Below, one piece after another: positions 9,269 to 19,596 of a stretch of DNA of 64,000 bases (position 1 is its first letter; every line of letters starts with the position of its first letter). Origin of the DNA: Terriglobia bacterium (lineage in GTDB: Bacteria > Acidobacteriota > Terriglobia > 20CM-2-55-15); NCBI GenBank assembly GCA_963664115.2, contig CAXWPJ010000009.1, forward strand, positions 96,001 to 160,000. Reading direction: 5' to 3'. Under the pieces are notes generated by a model. It was not told where the DNA came from. It made no database searches and saw nothing but the letters and a program-made list of their open reading frames with translations. Both the position numbers and the translations under genes were made by a program.

Positions 9269-10795
9269 ATGAACGATCCGTCAATCGAAACTCAAGGCTT
9301 CTTTCCCAGGCTGAGCGACACAAACACCAAAGTCGCACTGGCCTTTGCCCAAGGCAGCTGTACATACGCCGAGCTGAATCGACGTGTCCATGAGTTTGCC
9401 TGTGGATTGTTAGGGGATGGGATGGATCTGTCCCAACAGCGGATCGCTTTTATCATGCCGGCGAGCCTCGATTATGTGACCACCTTGCTCGGCATTTGGA
9501 GAGCCGGGGGCATCGCGGTGCCTTTGAACGTAAGCGCCACAATCCCTGAGCTGGACCACGCGCTGTCCTCGGCCGGTGTAAGCCGTCTGATCGCAGACTC
9601 AGAATATCAAATGAAACTTGAAGGACTCTGTTCTTCGATCGACCTAAAAATGTCTACGGTAGAAGAAGTATTACAAGACGAACTCCGACCACTGCCGACC
9701 ATCAGTGATGGCCGTCGGGCGATGATTTTATTTACCAGTGGAACCACGAACAAACCGAAAGGAGTGATCAGCACACACAGCAACATCCGTTCACAGATCA
9801 GCACGCTTATCGAGGCTTGGGCCTGGGAGGAAGACGACACGATTCCACTGTTCTTACCCCTCCACCATATCCATGGAATTATCAATATATTGTGTTGTGG
9901 ATTGTGGTCGGGCGCCTCGGTTCATCTCTTCCCGAAATTCGAGTTGCCGACCATTCTTGCCCAGGTGGCCCGCCGTGAGTATTCCGTTTTCATGGCGGTG
10001 CCCACTATCTATATCAAATTGATCCAATACCTTGACACCGTGTCCGAACAGGATAGAAGCAAGATCTGCGCTGGATTTAAGGCCATGCGACTCAACGTTT
10101 CAGGTTCGGCAGCGTGCCCGGTCAATCTTTTCAATAAATGGTTGGAGCTTACCGGTCAAACCTTATTGGAACGCTATGGAATGACGGAAATCGGCATGGG
10201 GCTTTCGAATCCGTATACAGGAGAACGCCGGGCAGGGGCAGTAGGCGTTCCCTTGCCGGGTGTGGAGGCGGCGCTGTTTGATGAGGACAACAAGCTCGTA
10301 GTTGAGGAAAATGTTCCCGGTGAAATCAGAATAAAGGGACCCAATGTCTTTCTCGAATACTGGAATGATGCCAAAGCGACCAGAGAAAGTTTTCATGACG
10401 GTTGGTTCTGTACCGGCGATATTGCGGTTTTGGAGGCAGGCTACTACCGGATTATGGGTCGATCTTCGGTCGACATCATCAAGTCTGGTGGTTATAAATT
10501 GTCCGCCCTGGAAATCGAAGGGGCCCTCCTCAACCATGAAAATATCAGCGAATGTGCAGTCATCGGCGTGGCAGATGAGACCTGGGGAGAAGCGGTTACG
10601 GCCTTCGTTGTTCTGAAGCCGGATACCACGCTGAGTCTCGGGGAATTGAAAGCCTGGTGTAAAGGGCGCACATCCGGGTACAAGATCCCCAAAACCTTGA
10701 GGATAGTAGATGCGCTCCCACGAAACGCCATGGGCAAGGTTGCAAAACCCACGCTTAAGGAATGGGTGCGGGCCGACCCCGCAGCGGATCGATGA
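9269..10795 (+). CDS. matB: Acyl-CoA synthetase, malonyl-CoA synthetase (MatB/ACSF3)-like
   Basis: AMP-binding motif FTSGTTNKPKG, ERYGMTEIGM, DIIKSGGYK and PRNAMGKV; directly after madLM. Confidence 0.75.
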   Translation: MNDPSIETQGFFPRLSDTNTKVALAFAQGSCTYAELNRRVHEFACGLLGDGMDLSQQRIAFIMPASLDYVTTLLGIWRAGGIAVPLNVSATIPELDHALSSAGVSRLIADSEYQMKLEGLCSSIDLKMSTVEEVLQDELRPLPTISDGRRAMILFTSGTTNKPKGVISTHSNIRSQISTLIEAWAWEEDDTIPLFLPLHHIHGIINILCCGLWSGASVHLFPKFELPTILAQVARREYSVFMAVPTIYIKLIQYLDTVSEQDRSKICAGFKAMRLNVSGSAACPVNLFNKWLELTGQTLLERYGMTEIGMGLSNPYTGERRAGAVGVPLPGVEAALFDEDNKLVVEENVPGEIRIKGPNVFLEYWNDAKATRESFHDGWFCTGDIAVLEAGYYRIMGRSSVDIIKSGGYKLSALEIEGALLNHENISECAVIGVADETWGEAVTAFVVLKPDTTLSLGELKAWCKGRTSGYKIPKTLRIVDALPRNAMGKVAKPTLKEWVRADPAADR

Positions 10796-10916
10796 TTCGC
10801 TGCTGTCGGGGCATTAATCTTGGGCCCGTTGCCGAAGACGGTTATACTGGCGCCGTTCAGAACCACATCCGAATCCTGTGTTTCAACTACTTGCTCCTTA
10901 TGGGAGGACCCACGTC

Positions 10917-12104
10917 ATGCAGAAACCGAAATCTTATGTCGCGCTGGCCTGTCTCGCAGTTCTGGTAACGCTCGGCTGTGGGGCCGGGACCGCGGTCGAG
11001 AGTGCCGCTCCGGACGAGGTGGCCACCGGACCTCAGGCACCGATGTTCGAGGTCGATCCGCTGTGGCCGAAGCCCCTGCCCAACCACTGGATCCTGGGCT
11101 CAACGATAGGCGTCTCAGTAGACTCGCGAGATCACATCTGGGTTATTCACCGGCAAACCACCCTCAATCCGATCACGGAGAGCGGAGCCGCAGCTGATCC
11201 TCCGATCAGCGTGTGCTGCATCCCCGCCCCGAACGTTCTGGAGTTTGATCAGGAAGGGAACCTGGTGAGTTCATGGGGCGGCCCGGGCGAAGGATACGAG
11301 TGGCCCTCGTCCAATCATGGAATTACGGTTGACTACATGGATAACGTTTGGATTGGTGGCAACGGGGAAACCGATGCACATATCTTAAAGTTCGCGCGCG
11401 ATGGAACCTTCCTGATGCAGATTGGCCGCGCCGGCATGAACGGCGGCAGCAACGATCTGGAAAACTTCGGGCGCGTGGCCAAGATTTCCGTCGACCCAAA
11501 CACGAACGAAGCCTATATCGCCGATGGCTATCTCAACAAACGCGTCGCCGTGATCGATGCGAGCACGGGAGAGTTCAAGCGTTACTGGGGCGCCTACGGC
11601 AACATGCCCGACGATACTGATCTCGGACCATACGACCCGGACGCGGAGCCCGCCCAGCAGTTCCGCAATCCTGTCCATTGCGCCGAGATCTCGAATGACA
11701 ACTTCGTTTATGTGTGCGACCGCGTGAACAATCGCATTCAACAATTCCAGACCGATGGCACGTTCGTCGCCGAAGTGATGATCGCGCCGCAAACGCTGGG
11801 CGCGGGTTCGGTATGGGATCTCACGTTTTCGAGAGATCCCGAACAGACCTATATCTATCTCGCCGATGGCGTCAATGAGAAGGTATACATCATTCAACGT
11901 GACACCCTGGAAGTCCTGACCAGCTTTGGCGATGGCGGACGCTATCCGGGCCAGTTCTTCGGCGTCCACAGCATCGCGACCGACTCGTCCGGTAACATTT
12001 ATACGACAGAGACCTACGAAGGAAAGCGTCTACAGAAATTCGTAAACATGGGTCTCGGTCCCGTCACCGAGCAGGATCAGGGCGTGGTCTGGCCCGACAA
12101 TTAA
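10917..12104 (+). CDS. NHL-repeat beta-propeller lipoprotein
   Basis: Lipobox VTLGC; FEVDPLWPKPLP, HGITVD, VHC and VHSIATDSSGNIYTTE motifs; GGAGG RBS. Confidence 0.85.
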   Translation: MQKPKSYVALACLAVLVTLGCGAGTAVESAAPDEVATGPQAPMFEVDPLWPKPLPNHWILGSTIGVSVDSRDHIWVIHRQTTLNPITESGAAADPPISVCCIPAPNVLEFDQEGNLVSSWGGPGEGYEWPSSNHGITVDYMDNVWIGGNGETDAHILKFARDGTFLMQIGRAGMNGGSNDLENFGRVAKISVDPNTNEAYIADGYLNKRVAVIDASTGEFKRYWGAYGNMPDDTDLGPYDPDAEPAQQFRNPVHCAEISNDNFVYVCDRVNNRIQQFQTDGTFVAEVMIAPQTLGAGSVWDLTFSRDPEQTYIYLADGVNEKVYIIQRDTLEVLTSFGDGGRYPGQFFGVHSIATDSSGNIYTTETYEGKRLQKFVNMGLGPVTEQDQGVVWPDN

Positions 12105-12237
12105 GACAGAAGGGGCGGTGATTCGCTTGTATTACCGCTCCTTCTGATCCTCGCAGTTGCGACGGCACTCTCAGTGGCCGCGTCCCGCGCCCATAGACCA
12201 TGGACCCCGCAGCCAAACTCTCCGCTGATTTCCCTGT

Positions 12238-14301
12238 ATGAGCTGGTTTGAACACGCATCGATCGATTACGCCTCTTTGTCCAAAGCGAGATCGGCTGAA
12301 ATCAAGGTACAACTGAGCCGTCTCGGGGAGTCTGGCGATCTGGCCCATAGGTGGTCTAGAGTTTCAAAACAGATACTACAACCGTCCGACCCATTTGAGA
12401 TTCACAGAGATCTGTTTCGCGAAAACTACCGGGAGTGGAGCCCGGGTCGCGGCCCGGAACCCGCCGTTCTTCCCGAACAGGCCAAGATATCAGCGTCGAA
12501 CCTCGGAATGTGGTTGACGGAATTCGGCTTTGGGCGGTATTCGGAGCTTCACGATTTCAGTGTAAATCAACGAGAAGAGTTTACAAAAAGGGCGGTAGAT
12601 AGACTCAACATTCGGTTTCAAAAGGAATTTGATCAGGTATTGGATCTCACACAAGGAGTGGAGCGGCCCTCTTGGTTCAAGGGAGCCAAGATGAATATTG
12701 TTGACAGCATTTTTGATGTCGGACTCGAAACTGAGTCAGAACGAACCGCAATCGTATTTCAACGCGAAGGCAGTGAAGGAAACACGCCCGTTGAACGCTG
12801 GTCGCTGGGACAACTCAAGGCCTTGTCGGGTCGTGTGGCCAACGGATTGACGAAGATGGGTCTTGGGCCCGGCGATCGTGTGGCCATCGATATGCCCATG
12901 ACAGCGGATTGTGTGGCCATTTATTTGGGCATCGTTCGAGCCGGCATGTGTGTGGTCTCTGTTGCCGACAGTTTTGCGGCTGAAGAAATAGCGACACGAC
13001 TTCGAATATCAGGGGCAAAAGCGATCTTCACTCAAGACGTAATCTTGCGTGGCGGAAAGATTGTCCCTTTATATAAAAAGGTGGTCAACGCCAAAGCGCC
13101 GACGGCCATAGTTCTTCCGGCCCTGAAGTCATCGCAGACCAGACTCCGTGAAGAAGATATGACTTTCGATCTTTTTCTTTCCGCCGATCAGGAATTCGAA
13201 ACCGCCGGCCGGGAACCGGGGAACGCGATCAACATTCTGTTTTCCTCCGGTACAACGGGTGACCCCAAGGCGATACCCTGGGATCACACGACCGCTTTTC
13301 GCTGCGCATTGGACGGGTTTGTTCACCAGAACATACAACCGGGAGACGTTGTGGCCTGGCCGACGAACGTGGGCTGGATGATGGGGCCGTGGCTGATATT
13401 TGCCGCCCTGATAAACGAAGGCTGCATTGCCCTTTATGAAGGCATGCCTCACACGCGCCGCTTCGGCATGTTTGTCGAGAACTCGAGGGTAAATCTGTTG
13501 GGTGTAGTGCCCAGTCTGGTTAAAGTGTGGAAAAACAGTGAGTGCATGACGGGGCTGGATTGGAGCGCTATCAAAGCATTCAGTTCAACGGGAGAATCTT
13601 CAAACCGTGAGGAAATGCTATTCCTGATGTCGTTGGCCGGTTATAAACCCGTTATCGAATATTGCGGGGGGACCGAAATCGGTGGGAGTTATGTATCTTC
13701 AACAGTCATTCAACCCAACTGCCCCTCTTACTTCTCAGCAAAATCAATCGGCATGGATTTCAGAATTCTGAACGAAGGCGGCCAGAATTCCCATACGGGC
13801 GAGGTCTATCTGGTTCCACCTGCGATCGGACTATCGACTCAACTCTTGAACAAGGATCATCATGATGTCTACTTCAAAGACTGCCCAACCGGAAGCGACG
13901 GGGAAGTGCTCCGCCGTCACGGAGATGAAATGCAGGTTTTGCACGGTGAGTATTTTAGGGCGCTGGGCAGAGCCGATGACACGATGAACCTTGGAGGAAT
14001 CAAAATAAGCTCGGTGGAACTCGAAAGCGTCATGAACCGCGTCGAAGGCGTTGCTGAAACAGCCGCAATCGCGGTAACCCCCAAATCGGGGGGAACAAGC
14101 CAACTCGTAGCTTATGCAGTAACCGAACTCGGCAGATGGAGTGATGGGGGCGAGTTAAAGACAGCACTCCAAGACCAGATCCGTCAACACCTGAATCCTC
14201 TTTTTAAAATCACTGCTGTAGTTGTCGTAGATGAACTCCCGAGAACAGCCTCGAACAAAGTAATGAGGCGGGTCTTGAGAGCCGAATGTGAGGCTCAGTA
14301 A
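12238..14301 (+). CDS. AMP-dependent acyl-CoA synthetase (acetyl-CoA synthetase-like, AAE17/18 type)
   Basis: LFSSGTTGDPKAIPW, WPTNVGWMMGPW, EYCGGTEIGG, GRADDTMNLGG and LPRTASNKVMRR. Confidence 0.85.
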   Translation: MSWFEHASIDYASLSKARSAEIKVQLSRLGESGDLAHRWSRVSKQILQPSDPFEIHRDLFRENYREWSPGRGPEPAVLPEQAKISASNLGMWLTEFGFGRYSELHDFSVNQREEFTKRAVDRLNIRFQKEFDQVLDLTQGVERPSWFKGAKMNIVDSIFDVGLETESERTAIVFQREGSEGNTPVERWSLGQLKALSGRVANGLTKMGLGPGDRVAIDMPMTADCVAIYLGIVRAGMCVVSVADSFAAEEIATRLRISGAKAIFTQDVILRGGKIVPLYKKVVNAKAPTAIVLPALKSSQTRLREEDMTFDLFLSADQEFETAGREPGNAINILFSSGTTGDPKAIPWDHTTAFRCALDGFVHQNIQPGDVVAWPTNVGWMMGPWLIFAALINEGCIALYEGMPHTRRFGMFVENSRVNLLGVVPSLVKVWKNSECMTGLDWSAIKAFSSTGESSNREEMLFLMSLAGYKPVIEYCGGTEIGGSYVSSTVIQPNCPSYFSAKSIGMDFRILNEGGQNSHTGEVYLVPPAIGLSTQLLNKDHHDVYFKDCPTGSDGEVLRRHGDEMQVLHGEYFRALGRADDTMNLGGIKISSVELESVMNRVEGVAETAAIAVTPKSGGTSQLVAYAVTELGRWSDGGELKTALQDQIRQHLNPLFKITAVVVVDELPRTASNKVMRRVLRAECEAQ

Positions 14302-14327
14302 ATGATCAGAAAGCCCCGTGAACAATC

Positions 14328-14714
14328 TCAGAGAAGCGAATCATCGATAGGATTTGAAGCGGGAACGCTTCGACGTGGGCTCTTTTCCGCCGGGACTTTG
14401 GTCTTCGGATCCAGGTACTGACGCAGCCTGACCTTAGACCCATCGAAGTAAGTGGCGATGAGTCCGTTCAACGCGTCAGCCCGTGCCTCCCCCTCCGTAA
14501 AGGTCGGCTCGTAGACGTGGGCACGCGATTTCTTGGCCCGACGCAGGGCTCCCTTCTTGAACAGACGGTCCATCACGGTCATGACTGTCGTGTAGGCGAG
14601 CTTGCGCTCTGGGAGAAGGTCGGCCTGCACCTCGCGGACAACCCCCGAGCGACGCCGCCATAGGGATTTCATGATCGCCAGTTCCAGGGGTGTCAGGTTG
14701 GTAGGAACACTCAC
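14328..14714 (-). CDS. BlaI/MecI/CopY family transcriptional regulator
   Basis: LTPLELAIMKSLW and LAYTTVMTVMDRLFKKG winged-helix signature. Confidence 0.9.
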   Translation of the reverse strand: MSVPTNLTPLELAIMKSLWRRRSGVVREVQADLLPERKLAYTTVMTVMDRLFKKGALRRAKKSRAHVYEPTFTEGEARADALNGLIATYFDGSKVRLRQYLDPKTKVPAEKSPRRSVPASNPIDDSLL

Positions 14715-14980
14715 AGATCGATCTCTCTCTTCAGGTCTTCCAGAACCTCGATCAGCTCTCGTGCTTCGGCTTTGCCAGGAGACCGGGCGGGAATAGACCG
14801 GACTCGAAACTTCAGCACCCGACGGGGCAGGAGCACCGACACGACATCGTCAACATGCAGGTCTCGCCCGGCGCGGGCGACATGACCGCTGACCCGGACA
14901 TGCCCCGCGTCGCAGGTCGCTTTAGCCATGGAACGCCGCGGAATGACACGACACCATTTAAGAAACTGATCCAGACGCAA
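14711..14980 (-). CDS. RNA-binding S4 domain protein (Hsp15-like)
   Basis: RLDQFLKWCRVIPRRSMAKATCDAGHV; TTG start at 14980. Confidence 0.85.
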   Translation of the reverse strand: MRLDQFLKWCRVIPRRSMAKATCDAGHVRVSGHVARAGRDLHVDDVVSVLLPRRVLKFRVRSIPARSPGKAEARELIEVLEDLKREIDL

Positions 14981-15011
14981 TAGGTGTACCGGGGAGAACA
15001 AAAACCGTGGA

Positions 15012-15078
15012 AGGGGACGGACACTTCAGCCGCAATACATTCGTCAGGCCACAATGTCGCATGCAGTGTCCGTCCCCT
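15012..15078. repeat. REP/MITE-like palindrome, copy 1
   Basis: AGGGGACGGACACT...AGTGTCCGTCCCCT inverted repeat; near-identical to 59844-59914, including the spacer GGCCACAATGTCGCA. Confidence 0.85.
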
Positions 15079-16066
15079 ATGGCACGGACCCTGCATCCGT
15101 ATAGCCGTCTAAGACCGACACGAAACCCGTGGTTCGCAATTCGGTCAGATATTCTCGAATCTTGCCCTGGAGCTGCTCGCTAAAAATTAAACCTTCGATC
15201 TCCTGGCGCGCCAGCTCGAAAGCCAGGATCCCACCAACGTGACGATCGAGAAGGCTCAAAATGACGAGTTCGCCCTCAAGTTCGGCCACCTCGCTTACGT
15301 CCCCGCGCCCGAGTTGGCTGATGATTTCTTCGTAATCCTCCCTCAGGGCCCCGGTGGCGAAATACCCGAGATCACCCCTGTTCGTCCTTGAGGGCGCCTC
15401 GGAAACCTCAGCCGCCACAACACCGAATTCCTCTCCCTCGTCCTCGATGCGTACACGGGCCTCTTCGGCTCGATTCCGGGCATCTTCAGTCTGTTCGAGT
15501 GTCAGGCCGGCGGTTGTTATTACGATTTCCTGAATCCGGCTTCCCTCAGGCCGGTCAAAGTCTTCCGTGTTCGCATCGTAGTACGTCCGCAGCACCTCGG
15601 TGGTGAGGACGATCTTCGGATAAACCTCTCGCTGGAGGACCTGCTGGGTCACGTACTGCGTCCGAATCGTATCCTTGAAGAATTCGATGTCGGTCCCCTG
15701 CGCAGCAATCGCGGCTTCGAGATCTTCGAGCGCGTCGAAGTCAAATTCCTGACGCATCTGCTCCATCGTTCGGATCACTTCCAGGTCGGTACGAATTCCC
15801 AACTCTTCACCTTTCTGGAGAAGCAGGCTGCGATCGATCAGATCTCTCAGCGCAGTCGGTTCGGCTTCAACAATAGCGTTTTCAAGCTCTGCGCCCTGAA
15901 GCTGCTCGGCCAACTCTTCGCGCAACAACGTCCTCTGCTCCTCAAGCTCCGATCGCAGGATCACGTCGGTGTTGACCCGGACCACGATCTCGTCGATCGT
16001 TCTTTGGGCGAAACACGTCCCGGCCAACATAATAATTCCAAATACTGATAGCGCTATTCGACTCAT
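15077..16066 (-). CDS. SurA/PrsA-like peptidyl-prolyl isomerase (parvulin)
   Basis: Signal peptide, SurA N-terminal IVVRVNTDVILRSEL and rotamase motif FGVVAAEVSEAPSRTNRGDLGYF; downstream of mfd. Confidence 0.85.
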   Translation of the reverse strand: MSRIALSVFGIIMLAGTCFAQRTIDEIVVRVNTDVILRSELEEQRTLLREELAEQLQGAELENAIVEAEPTALRDLIDRSLLLQKGEELGIRTDLEVIRTMEQMRQEFDFDALEDLEAAIAAQGTDIEFFKDTIRTQYVTQQVLQREVYPKIVLTTEVLRTYYDANTEDFDRPEGSRIQEIVITTAGLTLEQTEDARNRAEEARVRIEDEGEEFGVVAAEVSEAPSRTNRGDLGYFATGALREDYEEIISQLGRGDVSEVAELEGELVILSLLDRHVGGILAFELARQEIEGLIFSEQLQGKIREYLTELRTTGFVSVLDGYTDAGSVP

Positions 16067-16109
16067 AAAGTTCCTCTGGGAAAGTAGGGATCAACAGCTT
16101 AAGGATATA

Positions 16110-19100
16110 TCAAGAAAGTTCCGCGAGCACACTTTGTATCCGTTCGAAAACACTTCGTCCCGGGCCCGGACTCTTGATTCGAAGGGTCGCCGGAGGCGTG
16201 AAGATGACGTCCGGACTTCCCTCAACGAGTTGGACGATCCGCTCCGGGTCGATGTGAGCCTTTTGATCAAACACAATATTGATGACATCCCGTTTGCGTT
16301 CGATGGTGTGGACGCTGAGCGAACGACCTTCAAGTCTCAAGCGGGCGTACTCGAGTAGATTCTCAACCGCAGGAGGGAGCGGTCCAAAACGGTCTTCCAG
16401 ATCCCGGTACTGGAGGTCGATGGCTTCTTCCGTGCGGGCCGACGCGATGCTCTTGTAGACGCGCAGACGAAACATTTCGTCGGAAACGAAACTCTCCGGT
16501 ATCTTCAAATCCGCGCCCAGCCGAATTGTCGTTTCGACTTCCGGTCCGACCTCGCCCGTCCGCAGTTCTTCCATCGCCCGTTCCAGCATCTGGCAATATA
16601 AGTCGAAACCGATCGCCTCGATATGCCCGTGCTGCTGACCGCCGAGAAGATTACCGGCGCCACGGAGTTCGAGATCCAAGGCCGCAACGCGGAAACCAGA
16701 CCCCAGCTCGCTGAACTCACGGATAGCGGCAAGGCGTCGCCGGGCGATCGGCGTGAGAATCTTGTCGGAAGGAATCAAAAGATACGCGTAAGCGCGTCTA
16801 TTGGACCGGCCGACACGCCCTCGGAGTTGATAGAGCTGCGCCAGACCGTATCGGTCAGCCCGATTGACAATCAAAGTGTTTGCCAGCGGGATGTCCAACC
16901 CGTTCTCGATAATCGTTGTCGCGACGAGGACATCAAACTCATGATGCATGAATTGCAGCATGACACGTTCCAGCTCTTTCTCACCCATCTGACCATGCCC
17001 AACGCCTATACGCGCCTGAGGGCATATGCGCCGGATAAAATCCGCCATTGAATAGATCGACTCCACACGGTTGTGGACCAAATAGACCTGCCCACCGCGA
17101 TCCAGTTCGAAATTGATCGCACTTTCGATCACCGGAGTGTTGAATTTAAGAACAGTCGTATTGATGGCCAGCCGGCCCCGGGGCGGTGTTTCAATAACTG
17201 ACATGTCCCGCAATCCGGTAAGAGCCATGTGGAGTGTTCTGGGGATCGGCGTCGCCGTCATCGTGAGGACATCGACTTGTTTCTTGAGCTGCTTCAACCG
17301 TTCTTTGTGGGCGACGCCGAAGCGTTGTTCTTCGTCGACGATCAGCAGTCCAAGATCGTGGAAATGGACGTCCTTTGAAAGGATTCGATGGGTCCCGATC
17401 AGAACGTCCACCTTCCCGAATCCTGTCTCAGTGATTAGCTGTTTCTGCTGCTTCGGCGAAACGAACCGGCTGAGCATGGAGATCGTCACTGGAAAAGCGG
17501 CGAATCGTTCCTTAAAGGTCTCGAAGTGCTGGAAGGCGAGCACGGTCGTCGGAGCCAGAACTGCAACCTGTTTGCCGTCGGCGACCGCCTTGAAGATGGC
17601 CCGCATCGCCACTTCCGTTTTTCCGTAACCAACGTCACCGCAAACCAGGCGATCCATCGGGATCTGCAATTCCATATCGCCCTTGATGTCCCGAATCGCC
17701 GTCTGCTGATCCGGCGTTTCTTCGTATTGGAACGCGTCCTCGAATTCCTTCTGCCACTCCGTGTCGGGGGAAAACGCATGTCCCAGGGCCACTTTCCGTT
17801 CGGCATAGAGTGCGAGGAGCTCCTGAGCCATGTCGCGGATGGCTTTGCGGACTCGCGTCTTCCTTTGGATCCAGCTTGTCCCGCCCAATCGGTCGAGCTT
17901 GGGGTGGCTGCCCTCGGTGGCCGAGTACCTCTGAACCAGATCCAGTCTTTCCAGTGGAACGTACAAGCGGGCGTCGTCGTGATAGGTCAGAACCATGCAC
18001 TCCTGCCCGTGGATGGTTTCCAGTCCACCGTAGTTACCGACACCATGGTCGACGTGAACGACGTAGTGTCCCGGCTTGAGGTCCTGCAGGTCAGAAACAA
18101 AGGCCGACGCCTTGGACTTGGAGCGGGCCGACGGCGTGAAATGCTCCGTTTCGTCAAGAACATCCGTTTCAGCAAAGACTTCCAAGTTGGCGTCGGGCAG
18201 TCTGAAACCGCCCGAGATTCGCCCGACGACAACGACAGGGGCATTCCCATCTGAGGATGATTTCAGCGGTACCTCTCCGAACTCGGCGCGAATCGGCAAC
18301 TCGTACTCGTGAAGAATGTCCCTCAGGCGCTCGGCCATGCCGAGCGTACTGCCCATCAGCAGAACCTGACGCCCGGCTTCGAACGAATCCCGTATCGCTT
18401 CCACCAACTCGCGCATTCGCCCGTGGAACCGCCGGGCGGGCTGGCCTACGACGATGAAGTTCGAACCGCTCTCACCCAGCTCCTCCAGTTTCAGCCAGGG
18501 ATACTGTTCCAACGACCCGGCCAGTTCATCCGGAGAAAGGAAAGCCTCTTCCGGTGGGAGCGCCAGTCCGCCGACGGATTCGGTTTGCTCATACCGATGC
18601 TGCAAGGTGTGGAAGTATTCCGAGTACCCTTCATTCAGGAGCTCCGGTTCATCGAGGACGAAAACCGCTTCGTCGAGATAGTCGACCAGCGTCGCGCTCA
18701 AGGGCTGTGAAGCCGGGATTAGGAACTGGGAGCCGGGAAAGGGTTCGCCGTCGTCGGCAAAGACCAACTTTTCGTTCAGATCATCGTGGTAGCGTTCGTT
18801 CTCCCAACGGCGCCGCGCCTTGCCAGCCCAATCCCGGAACATCTCACGCGTTACGAACTGCTCCTGCATGGGAAGGATGTCGATTCGGCGGAGTGGATTT
18901 GTAGATCTCTGATCGTCGGGATCAAACTCCCGGAGCGATTCCACAGTGTCCCCAAAGAACTCGATCCGGACAGGGTTCGGCATCAACGGTGAAAACACAT
19001 CGACAATGCCGCCGCGCTTAGAGAACTCACCCACCGAACTCACGGGTTCCTGGGCCAGGTAGCCGGCCGTCGACAGGTGATCGAGCATCAGTTCCTGAGA

Positions 19101-19595
19101 TACTTCATCGCCCAGCGAAATGTGGAGGCCATAGGAATCGAAGCGGGCCGGACGTGGCAGTCGCGTCCCCAGCGCCCGGACACTCGTCGCTACGATGTCG
19201 GTTTCCCCTGAACGAAGCCGCCAGAGCGTCCGGGCCCGGGCCTGGCCGATATCGGCATGAGGCGAAAGCCCCGAGTAAGGATCGGTATCCCAGGCCGGAA
19301 AACTGGAGACGGAATCCGCCGGACGTTCATTGAGTTCGGAATGGAAATATCCGATATCAGACGAAAAACTCTCGGTCGACGTATCGTTAGCCGTCACCAG
19401 CACGATCGTGCGTCTCAAACCTTGCCACAGGGCGGCGAGAAAGAGGCTTTTCGCGGATCCGGTGCCGAGACCGGCGATCGTCACCGGCACCTGTTTCTTT
19501 AAGGTTTCGGCCGCGATCAGACGAATGTCAGCGAGGTCAAGAATTCTGGACAGAGATTCCCGGAGCTTGTTTCGCGGATCGTTCTGGGGGGACAC
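16110..19595 (-). CDS. mfd: Transcription-repair coupling factor
   Basis: UvrB-like N-terminus, CarD-like VVHVDHGVG, GDVGYGKTEVA, DEEQRFG, TATPIPRT and QLRGRVGR. Likely GTG start at 19595 (ORF open to 19637). Confidence 0.97.
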   Translation of the reverse strand: MSPQNDPRNKLRESLSRILDLADIRLIAAETLKKQVPVTIAGLGTGSAKSLFLAALWQGLRRTIVLVTANDTSTESFSSDIGYFHSELNERPADSVSSFPAWDTDPYSGLSPHADIGQARARTLWRLRSGETDIVATSVRALGTRLPRPARFDSYGLHISLGDEVSQELMLDHLSTAGYLAQEPVSSVGEFSKRGGIVDVFSPLMPNPVRIEFFGDTVESLREFDPDDQRSTNPLRRIDILPMQEQFVTREMFRDWAGKARRRWENERYHDDLNEKLVFADDGEPFPGSQFLIPASQPLSATLVDYLDEAVFVLDEPELLNEGYSEYFHTLQHRYEQTESVGGLALPPEEAFLSPDELAGSLEQYPWLKLEELGESGSNFIVVGQPARRFHGRMRELVEAIRDSFEAGRQVLLMGSTLGMAERLRDILHEYELPIRAEFGEVPLKSSSDGNAPVVVVGRISGGFRLPDANLEVFAETDVLDETEHFTPSARSKSKASAFVSDLQDLKPGHYVVHVDHGVGNYGGLETIHGQECMVLTYHDDARLYVPLERLDLVQRYSATEGSHPKLDRLGGTSWIQRKTRVRKAIRDMAQELLALYAERKVALGHAFSPDTEWQKEFEDAFQYEETPDQQTAIRDIKGDMELQIPMDRLVCGDVGYGKTEVAMRAIFKAVADGKQVAVLAPTTVLAFQHFETFKERFAAFPVTISMLSRFVSPKQQKQLITETGFGKVDVLIGTHRILSKDVHFHDLGLLIVDEEQRFGVAHKERLKQLKKQVDVLTMTATPIPRTLHMALTGLRDMSVIETPPRGRLAINTTVLKFNTPVIESAINFELDRGGQVYLVHNRVESIYSMADFIRRICPQARIGVGHGQMGEKELERVMLQFMHHEFDVLVATTIIENGLDIPLANTLIVNRADRYGLAQLYQLRGRVGRSNRRAYAYLLIPSDKILTPIARRRLAAIREFSELGSGFRVAALDLELRGAGNLLGGQQHGHIEAIGFDLYCQMLERAMEELRTGEVGPEVETTIRLGADLKIPESFVSDEMFRLRVYKSIASARTEEAIDLQYRDLEDRFGPLPPAVENLLEYARLRLEGRSLSVHTIERKRDVINIVFDQKAHIDPERIVQLVEGSPDVIFTPPATLRIKSPGPGRSVFERIQSVLAELS

Positions 19596-19596
19596 T

